DNA of 63,588 nucleotides, counting the filler. It is 8 parts of 8 records of this genome, joined end to end, with 100 filler letters (N's around TTAATTAATTAA, not from the genome) between each part and the next. Parts side by side here need not be neighbours in the genome. Positions count along the whole stretch, not along the records: positions 53,147 to 58,328 come from SRR31156797_40844; positions 58,429 to 63,588 come from SRR31156797_40937; 6 more parts are not named here. The stretch is one strand, 5' to 3'. The notes under the pieces were generated by a model, which was not told the origin of the DNA, did no database searches, and saw only the letters and a program-made list of their open reading frames with translations. Position numbers and translations under genes: made by a program. The first letter of the stretch is position 1. The number at the start of each line of letters is the position of its first letter. Positions 56,543-63,588 of the stretch are shown here, piece by piece.

Positions 56543-58276
56543 TTGCCTAAAATCTGGAAGCTTAGAAGCGAGGAGGAACTTCCTTCCTCCATACCTGCTA
56601 TTGCCGATGAACTCGGTATCACCGAACTGCTTGCGGAAATCCTCTGGAACCGTGGTTTTCAGAGTCGTGAAGATATGGATCTTTTTCTTTCTCCCGGCTT
56701 GCGCAATCTCTGCCAGCCTAAGGAAATCCCCGGGCTGGAGCTTGCAGCGCAGGTTCTGGCAGACGGACTTGCGGCGGGCAAGAAGATGGCTGTCTGGGGC
56801 GATTACGATGTGGATGGGGTAACCTCCACCGCTGTGGTTAAAACTTTCCTTGCTGATCGTGGTTATGAATGTGACCACTATCTGCCCAACCGTCTGGAGG
56901 AAGGCTACGGCCTCAACGTGGACGGAATCAAGAAGCTGCATGAACAGGGTATAGGTCTGCTTTTGACCGTTGACTGTGGTATCACCAACAATGCTGAAAT
57001 CGCTGCAGCTAACGAATTGGGTATGACCGTGGTCGTCTCTGACCATCACCTCCCCGGTGAGGAGCTTCCTCCTGCAGCTGCCATCTGCAATCCCCGCCTT
57101 ACAGAATACAATGGACAGACTTTTGAAGACTGCCCCTGCGCAACTTTAGCAGGGGTGGGCGTGGCCTTCATGCTCATGGCCCAGTTGAACAGGTTGCTGC
57201 CCGGTGATCCAGCGGATGTGCGCGCTTATCTTGATTTTGTGGCTCTAGGAACCATCGCTGATGTGGTGGAACTTCAGGGCCAGAACCGCATTCTGGTCAA
57301 GAATGGTTTGCTTCTGCTCAAAGAAGCAAAGCGTCCCGGGCTGGCTGCCCTGAAAGTGGTCAGTGGCTATGACATGTTTGCAGCTATCGGGGCCGGACAG
57401 GTCGGCTTCGGGTTGGCTCCGCGCATCAATGCTTCGGGCCGTATGGGCGATCCGGGCAGGGCACTCCAGCTGCTTATGGCCGAAGAGATGGAAACAGCGA
57501 GGCCCATTGCCAAAGTTCTGGATGAATTGAATACCGAACGCCGTGCCGAGGAAGATCGCATTTTACAGGAAGCCCTTGCGCAGGCCGAAGAGCATATCAA
57601 AAGAGATAACCGTGCTGGACTGGTTCTATATTCCAAGAACTGGCATCCGGGCATCATCGGTATTGTGGCATCGCGCGTAGTAGAAAAATTTTATCGTCCC
57701 ACAGTAATGCTTTGTGAGGAGGATGGAGTCGTCAAGGGATCGGCCCGTTCCATTAAGGAATTTCATATCCACGAAGGGCTGACCTCCATGTCCGAGCTTT
57801 TCCTTAACTTCGGGGGCCATAAGTTGGCTGCTGGTATGTCCTTCAAGGCGGACCTGCTTTCTGAATTCCGGGAGCGTTTTGACCAAGCGGTGATTGATAA
57901 GATCGGCTCCGAACCACTCAAAGCTTCACTTAAAGTGGACCGTGAATTGCCACTGGAAAATATTGATTACGTGCTGCTCAAGGAGCTGGAACTCATGCAG
58001 CCTTTCGGCATGGGTAACCCTGAACCAGTGTTCACCACCCCTCCTGTTGAAGTTCTGGAGCGCAGGCCCATGGGCAAGGCCCACGTGAAGCTCACCATCA
58101 CCGATATAGAAAAAAATCGCAAAATGCCCGCTAAGGCATGGCGCATGGGTGAAGAACTCGGTTCCGAACTCATCGGAACCACCATGCGTTTCGCTTTTTC
58201 CCCCAAGATCGATAAGTTTAATGGTATCCCTACTATTGAACTTACCATTCGTGATTATACACGCCGCAAAAGGTGA
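56543..58276 (+). CDS. recJ: Single-stranded DNA exonuclease RecJ
   Basis: GDYDVDG, PNR..EGYG, TVDCG, SDHH, GTIADVV, PRINASGR, GSARS, GGH..AAG, PFGMGNP. Confidence 0.97.
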   Translation: MPKIWKLRSEEELPSSIPAIADELGITELLAEILWNRGFQSREDMDLFLSPGLRNLCQPKEIPGLELAAQVLADGLAAGKKMAVWGDYDVDGVTSTAVVKTFLADRGYECDHYLPNRLEEGYGLNVDGIKKLHEQGIGLLLTVDCGITNNAEIAAANELGMTVVVSDHHLPGEELPPAAAICNPRLTEYNGQTFEDCPCATLAGVGVAFMLMAQLNRLLPGDPADVRAYLDFVALGTIADVVELQGQNRILVKNGLLLLKEAKRPGLAALKVVSGYDMFAAIGAGQVGFGLAPRINASGRMGDPGRALQLLMAEEMETARPIAKVLDELNTERRAEEDRILQEALAQAEEHIKRDNRAGLVLYSKNWHPGIIGIVASRVVEKFYRPTVMLCEEDGVVKGSARSIKEFHIHEGLTSMSELFLNFGGHKLAAGMSFKADLLSEFRERFDQAVIDKIGSEPLKASLKVDRELPLENIDYVLLKELELMQPFGMGNPEPVFTTPPVEVLERRPMGKAHVKLTITDIEKNRKMPAKAWRMGEELGSELIGTTMRFAFSPKIDKFNGIPTIELTIRDYTRRKR

Positions 58277-58428
58277 TTGTTGAGTAATTTTAGTCTGTAT
58301 AATAAAAAAGGCCGTTCTCGCGAGAACGNNNNNNNNNNNNNNNNNNNNNNNNNNNNNNNNNNNNNNNNNNNNTTAATTAATTAANNNNNNNNNNNNNNNN
58401 NNNNNNNNNNNNNNNNNNNNNNNNNNNN

Positions 58429-58497
58429 GGGATCAACTTCGAACGGCACTCCGTCAGGTCCTGTAACTGTACGTTTTTTCAGATCATCGTTACTCAT
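58429..58497 (-). CDS. 5' fragment of the next operon gene (NuoB-like by position only)
   Basis: GAGGA SD then ATG: MSNDDLKKRTVTGPDGVPFEVD, cut by the gap. Identity is inferred from gene order, not from motifs. Confidence 0.4.
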
Positions 58498-58504
58498 ATC
58501 TTCC

Positions 58505-59410
58505 TCACACTGTTAAAATTGCAATTAAGCCGACAAGGGCAGGAACTTTAAGGAACCAACTAATAGACTGATCAACACGGAATCTTGGAAAAGCGACTCC
58601 GATAAATACAGGCCACATATAGAGAAGGAACACTTTAAGGATCATTACAGGCCAGTTCGTTGCACCACCAAAGAAAAGATTAACAAAAAGAACGGTCTTA
58701 GCCATTGGAAAGATCGAACGATTTGTCTGAAGAAGTGCAAGAAAAGTTGAATGATACTCAGTTGGAGGACCTATAGGGATCTCCTGAGGAGCAAGTACAA
58801 CATCAAAAGGCGAACGCATCATTGAACCAAGTATTGCAAAAAGTCCTGCAACACTTGCAATAGGGTTGGTTACTAGTGTCCAGTTCATTATTCCACCTTG
58901 CTGAGCTGCGACGATCTCAGATATTGAAAGAGTCTGATACTGGGCGGCAACAGCAATTACAGCTAGAACAAGAGGAACTTCAGCAGCTGTCATCTGTGCA
59001 AGACCTCTTGAAACTCCAACCGCTGAGTATGGATGTCCACTTTCTCCAGCTCCCAAAGCCATTCCTAATGTTCCAAAAAACATAAAATATAAAATGAGAA
59101 CAAGGTCACCTGAAAATGAAAAGTTCTGAAAATAGATCGATCCGAAGATAACAGGCATGAAAAGGTACATTCCAATTCCGCCGGAAAGTCTAAAAACGGG
59201 TCCAAGGTGGAACATAATTCCGTGAGTTACAGATGACCTGATGGAATAGTTCTTAATAAGGTCGATATAAGGCTGATACCATCTTATTCCATGTCTTCTT
59301 CCAAGTCTTGCTCCGATCTTTCGGACAACACCCTGGATAACAAGTCCAACATTAACAATGATGGAAAGTGCCGATAGGGCATATAGAATTTTTATCCATT
59401 CAAATTGCAT
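58505..59410 (-). CDS. Complex I subunit 1 (NuoH/MbhM-like) membrane subunit
   Basis: RKIGAR..RR.G...YQP..DLIK, SG.PYS.VG..R, RSPFD...A..E...GP.TEY, PRFRVDQ. Confidence 0.9.
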   Translation of the reverse strand: MQFEWIKILYALSALSIIVNVGLVIQGVVRKIGARLGRRHGIRWYQPYIDLIKNYSIRSSVTHGIMFHLGPVFRLSGGIGMYLFMPVIFGSIYFQNFSFSGDLVLILYFMFFGTLGMALGAGESGHPYSAVGVSRGLAQMTAAEVPLVLAVIAVAAQYQTLSISEIVAAQQGGIMNWTLVTNPIASVAGLFAILGSMMRSPFDVVLAPQEIPIGPPTEYHSTFLALLQTNRSIFPMAKTVLFVNLFFGGATNWPVMILKVFLLYMWPVFIGVAFPRFRVDQSISWFLKVPALVGLIAILTV

Positions 59411-62400
59411 CAGACACCTCCAATTATAAACAGGTAACAGGCAGCACTAAAAAGTAAAATATGTATCGTGTATGTCTGCGGTGTTCCTGAAAAGAGTCTT
59501 ATGAAAAGTCCGCCCGTAGTATTTGCAAATTCTGCAACTCCATTCCAGAATTTAGTAGCTAAAGGATTTACAAGAAATCCAAGCGCTTTTTTATATGGAG
59601 CAAAAAAGTTATATGCAAAATGAGTAAGTTCCGGTCTGGCAGGTCTTTCAGCAGCAAAAACAATGTTAAACTGTTTAACTTTCACAGCTTTTCTATTTAA
59701 GATCAAGAGCCAGATAAAAACAAGAACAAAGATAACTCCGGTCACATACATTATCATTCCACCGTCCCAGTGACCAAGAGGGCTTGTTGCAAAACTTCCT
59801 TCCCAGCTAAGAGCATTTTCAGGGAAGTGCTTTATAAGAAAAGAACCTATTGGTTTAAGTACAGCGTTTGGAATTATACTAAAATACATGATCGCGCCGA
59901 TAAGCAGATACTGTGGAATAAGATACCAGATAGAAGCTTCCTTAACTTTTCTGTTCTTATCCTTCATCTGTCCAAGGAAGATGGTGTGGATAAGTCGGAA
60001 ACAATAAAGGAAAGCGACAAGACCTGCAAAAGTTATGACAGTCCCTGGAAGATACCAGCCGCTAAGAATAATTGCGTTATAGCTAAGCCATTTACCCGCA
60101 AACCCCGTTAATGGAGGAACTCCGGAAAGAGCGATTATGCCTATCATTACCGAAATGAAACTTAGAGGCATATTCTTAATTAGTCCACCCATTTCATACA
60201 TATTTCTAGTTTTAACTCTTGAGACCACACCACCAACGGCAAGGAAAAGCTGAGCTTTAAAAATGAAGTGATTTAAAGCAAAGGCAACTGCTGCTAACCA
60301 TCCGATATGATTCATCATGCCGAGGGCGAACACTACATAGCCAAGTTGTCCTACACTTGAATATGCCAGAAGTCTTTTTGCATCTTCTTCAAATGCAGCC
60401 ATGAGATTTCCAATTAGAGCCGTTATCGCACCGACCCAACCAAGAACATAGTAGAGGTCAACTCCTCCAATACTTTGAGGACCCATTTCAAGCATAACAA
60501 CAATAAGTCCGAAAATCCCTGCTTTAAGTAAAATAGCAGAAACAACAGGAGATACATCGGTCTCAGCTTCACTGTGAGCTCCGGGAAGCCAGATGTGAAG
60601 AGGAAGTGCAGCTGTTTTTGTAAGAAATCCGATCACAAGAAGAATAAAGATCACTGCATGGTTAGGTCCTGCAGTTGCAAGTGTTCCAAGATCAAGCTGA
60701 TTCATATTAGCAGCTGATAACAGCCCGAATCCGGCAAGCATAGCGTAAGCGCCACCAAGAGAAAATAATATATAGGAAAAAGCATGAGGCATTGATTTCT
60801 TTCCTCTTAAAATAAGGAAGTAACTACCAATTGTCATAAGTTCCCAGGAAAAGAAGAATTCCATTGTCGTTGCGGCAGTTAATAAGCCGCTGAGTCCTGC
60901 ATACATCATTAGAGCAGAAGGGTAGAATCCTATCCTTTTACCTTTTGAGTTAAATCCTGCTATAGCGACAATAAGTCCTCCAACAAGAAAGACGATAGCA
61001 AAGACAAACCTGAACTCATTAAGTTGAGGATAAAGAGTGTAGAACTGATATCCAAGAGTTCCTATTAAAAGAGCATTTTTAAGTTTTGCAGGAAGAAAAT
61101 CAATAACAAGAGCTATGCCGATCACTGAAAGGAAAGGAACCATGATTAAAACAGTGTTGTCAAAACCATTATTTAAAGGAATAATGATCGAAAGAGCAAT
61201 AACTCCAAGTGAAGGAATTAAAAGTGGTAGTGCTTTCGAAGGCATTGGACATCCGATCTCAAGTTTAGTTTCACCTTTTATAGCATATCCCAACCAACGC
61301 ATGAGGTAGGCAGCTTCAAGTAAAGATCCTAAAAGAATTAAACTCATCCACATATAGTTAGAAGTAGATGCAAGTTCTTCTATCAATGTCCATTTTGCAT
61401 AAAAAGTAGGAAATGGAGGGAAGGCAAGTATTGAGAAAATGAAAACTGACATGAGAAAAATGAAGAAAGGTTTATTTTTTAAACCTGCCCAGTCCTTTAT
61501 CTTTTCAATTCCAAAAGTTTGAGATATCCAGAAAAGTCCAGCCTTTGAAAGGGCATGAACCACAACAATTGAAGAAGCGATAAAGAATGTCTGTTCTCCA
61601 AATATATCACGAAGTCCAATAACAGTAACAGCAAGTCCAGTCTGCGCTATTGAGGAGTATCCAAGCATCTTGTTCGTTTCTTTTTGCCTAAGTGCTGAAA
61701 GACCTGCGGCAACGAAGGTTATAAGTCCGGCACCTGCTGCCGGAGTATTCCAGAACGATCCGGCAATGGGAAGAAATTTGTAAAGTGCAAACAACCCTGC
61801 AGTAAGTCCAGCTCCTGATATTACAGCTGAAATTCCTGCCGGTGCTGACCCGTAAACATCAAGTGCCCATCCGTTAGCAGGAAATGGCTTGAGTTCAAGA
61901 ATTAGAGCAAGAAAAAGAAAGAATCCAGCTAAAATTCCAATTGTTCCCGAAAGTGAGTCAACTGAGTCTATTGAAAGAACACCGGTATTCACATAAACAA
62001 GGATGGCTCCTAGTATTAGGAAAAGAGATATGATCCCGGTAGCTATCAACCATGAAAACCCGGCTTTCAGTGTCTTTTTTGAAGTGTTGAAAAGGAGCAT
62101 TCCAGCAACTGCAACAGAACTGATCTCAATAAATACGAAGTAGTTAAAGATATCTCTGGTCATTACAATTCCACTCAAAGCCATGAAGTAGAGGATGTAT
62201 GTGACTGTTGCAAGTCGACCATTTCTGTTAATAAATTCAGTCAGATAAGTGATTCCTAGTAAACCAGTTAGATTTATTAGAAAAAGGGCTGCGGCTTCTT
62301 CAAATCCAACCTTTAAGGCAATTGAAAAAGGAGCTGCAAATCCGGCTGTTGACTGAATGAACTCATTTTCTCCAAAAAAGAGGATGTCAATGATCCATAG

Positions 62401-62535
62401 TCCGGATAGAGAAGATGCAAAGGCAAAAGACAGAGCGGCTATCCAATAGGAAAGCTTTGCATGTTTTTTTGCCACAGCGGCCGTAAAAAAGGCCGTTCCC
62501 AGATAGAGGGCTATTAAAATAACAGGTGAATTCAT
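59410..62535 (-). CDS. Fused double antiporter-like subunit (two MrpD/NuoL-M-N-type domains)
   Basis: Domain 1: FVFIEIS, ELKPFPANGW, MLGYSSIAQ, HALSKAGLF, FYAKW. Domain 2: FSWELMT, TKTAALPLHIWLP, LLKAG, LLAYSSVGQ, GVPPLTGFAGKW. Confidence 0.9.
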   Translation of the reverse strand: MNSPVILIALYLGTAFFTAAVAKKHAKLSYWIAALSFAFASSLSGLWIIDILFFGENEFIQSTAGFAAPFSIALKVGFEEAAALFLINLTGLLGITYLTEFINRNGRLATVTYILYFMALSGIVMTRDIFNYFVFIEISSVAVAGMLLFNTSKKTLKAGFSWLIATGIISLFLILGAILVYVNTGVLSIDSVDSLSGTIGILAGFFLFLALILELKPFPANGWALDVYGSAPAGISAVISGAGLTAGLFALYKFLPIAGSFWNTPAAGAGLITFVAAGLSALRQKETNKMLGYSSIAQTGLAVTVIGLRDIFGEQTFFIASSIVVVHALSKAGLFWISQTFGIEKIKDWAGLKNKPFFIFLMSVFIFSILAFPPFPTFYAKWTLIEELASTSNYMWMSLILLGSLLEAAYLMRWLGYAIKGETKLEIGCPMPSKALPLLIPSLGVIALSIIIPLNNGFDNTVLIMVPFLSVIGIALVIDFLPAKLKNALLIGTLGYQFYTLYPQLNEFRFVFAIVFLVGGLIVAIAGFNSKGKRIGFYPSALMMYAGLSGLLTAATTMEFFFSWELMTIGSYFLILRGKKSMPHAFSYILFSLGGAYAMLAGFGLLSAANMNQLDLGTLATAGPNHAVIFILLVIGFLTKTAALPLHIWLPGAHSEAETDVSPVVSAILLKAGIFGLIVVMLEMGPQSIGGVDLYYVLGWVGAITALIGNLMAAFEEDAKRLLAYSSVGQLGYVVFALGMMNHIGWLAAVAFALNHFIFKAQLFLAVGGVVSRVKTRNMYEMGGLIKNMPLSFISVMIGIIALSGVPPLTGFAGKWLSYNAIILSGWYLPGTVITFAGLVAFLYCFRLIHTIFLGQMKDKNRKVKEASIWYLIPQYLLIGAIMYFSIIPNAVLKPIGSFLIKHFPENALSWEGSFATSPLGHWDGGMIMYVTGVIFVLVFIWLLILNRKAVKVKQFNIVFAAERPARPELTHFAYNFFAPYKKALGFLVNPLATKFWNGVAEFANTTGGLFIRLFSGTPQTYTIHILLFSAACYLFIIGGV

Positions 62536-62885
62536 TTTTGTTCCCCGTATTTACTTATATCCAAAGTTCCGTTTTTTTGATAGAGACGCATAACAAAAAC
62601 AAGCATGAGAGCGGTAATACCAAATCCTATAACAATTGCGGTCAGGACAAGTGCCTGAGGCACAGGATCAACTATGTTGGCAAGAGGATTGCCAAGAAGC
62701 TCGGTTTTATCAAGAATTGGTGCTGTTCTGTTTTTCAAATATCCAAAGCTTACAAGAATAACATGAATTCCAGTGTCAGCAATTGAAAACCCAATGATCA
62801 TTTTTATAAGGTTCTTTCCTGAAATAACAGCGTAAAGACCTATAATGATCAAAAGAGAGCCTGTAAGTAGTCCGATAGTAGTCAT
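62532..62885 (-). CDS. mnhC: MrpC/MbhG-like subunit
   Basis: NLIKMIIG, VDPVPQALVLTAIVIG, GTLDI. Confidence 0.9.
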   Translation of the reverse strand: MTTIGLLTGSLLIIIGLYAVISGKNLIKMIIGFSIADTGIHVILVSFGYLKNRTAPILDKTELLGNPLANIVDPVPQALVLTAIVIGFGITALMLVFVMRLYQKNGTLDISKYGEQK

Positions 62886-63568
62886 TTTTCTCCCTCCGCA
62901 TTTTTCAGTTTTATCAATACCGTTGAGAGTTCTGAGCCGACCTTGATCCCGATGAGAACGGATATTACAGGAATGATTCCAGCTGAAAGGAGCTTGCCCG
63001 GGTTTCCTGCACCAAGCAGTGTCGCATCAAGAAATCCGCCTGCAAGGAAAAGGCCTGCAAGTCCAAGTATTACGTAAATAACGCCTGAAATTGATTCAAG
63101 CCAGCTGAAAAGAGAAGGCGCGCCATTTGTATCAGGATCAGCAAGAATTAGCAGAAGGAGCGATGAGGCAAGCACGGCTCCACCTTGAAATCCGCCACCT
63201 GGTGTAAGATGTCCATTCACTGCGATATAGACTCCGGTAAGGAAGATAAATGGAAAGATAACACTTGAAGAAGTGAGCAGAAGTTCACTCGAACGGCTTT
63301 TCTTTTCTCCATTTCCACCTTTAAGAAAAAAAGCGAGTATAGATGCAACAAGAAAAAGCACTGTGACTTCGCCAAGAGTATCAAGTCCACGATAAGTCAC
63401 AACAACTGAAGTAACAAGGTTTGTTGCTCCAAGTTCTGCCAGCCCGTTCTCTGCGTAGTGTGAAGCTGCAACACCGAGGGACTGAGGATCTGAAAATCCA
63501 GTGATCATCCTGGCAAATGCAAGTCCGAAAACAGCAAGGACCATAAATATAAAAAGTTTTCTAACCAT
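62882..63568 (-). CDS. mnhB: MrpB/MbhE-F-like subunit
   Basis: NLVTSVVVTYRGLDTLGEVTVL, GHLTPGGGFQGG, G.KVG.EL. Confidence 0.9.
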   Translation of the reverse strand: MVRKLFIFMVLAVFGLAFARMITGFSDPQSLGVAASHYAENGLAELGATNLVTSVVVTYRGLDTLGEVTVLFLVASILAFFLKGGNGEKKSRSSELLLTSSSVIFPFIFLTGVYIAVNGHLTPGGGFQGGAVLASSLLLLILADPDTNGAPSLFSWLESISGVIYVILGLAGLFLAGGFLDATLLGAGNPGKLLSAGIIPVISVLIGIKVGSELSTVLIKLKNAEGEK

Positions 63569-63588
63569 TTGTTTCCCTCTTCATTCTG

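Overview
The window is not one locus. It is eight contigs joined by 100-bp N spacers that carry a TTAATTAATTAA linker (6309-6408, 15730-15829, 23098-23197, 31530-31629, 40527-40626, 53047-53146, 58329-58428). Taxonomic labels below are inferences from gene content and signals. (1) 1-6308, probably a Methanosarcinales archaeon: a DUF4062/HATPase_c_4 gene missed by the ORF track, an Hna-like SF2 helicase-nuclease, and an acetolactate synthase gene preceded by an unannotated Val-rich 22-codon leader ORF with competing hairpins. (2) 6409-15729, Bacteroidota: an uptake/catabolism-like locus with two non-canonical KAS III enzymes, a Na+/solute symporter, a CoA ligase, a surface lipoprotein, a beta-barrel and a lipoprotein esterase. 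(3) 15830-23097, Bacteroidota: MATE transporter, a seven-PAS protein with no output domain, a PocR-PAS-GAF kinase and a receiver. (4) 23198-31529, low-GC Bacillota: the end of an NRPS cluster with a glycerate-derived extender-unit cassette (FkbK/ACP/FkbH/ACAD), its own ETF pair and an IS6 end. (5) 31630-40526, spirochaete: ychF, queG, a radical SAM gene, lipoproteins and an IS66 relic. (6-7) 40627-58328, Desulfovibrionaceae: housekeeping genes, frameshifted prfB, a UGA-readthrough UshA-like selenoprotein and a sigma54-driven Orange-protein-like gene. (8) 58429-63588: an Mrp/MBX-type membrane complex with a fused double antiporter subunit. The best candidates for something new are the putative archaeal leader-peptide attenuator upstream of ilvB, the twin-KAS III locus and the ETF-coupled extender cassette. 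No rRNA, tRNA or CRISPR array was seen.
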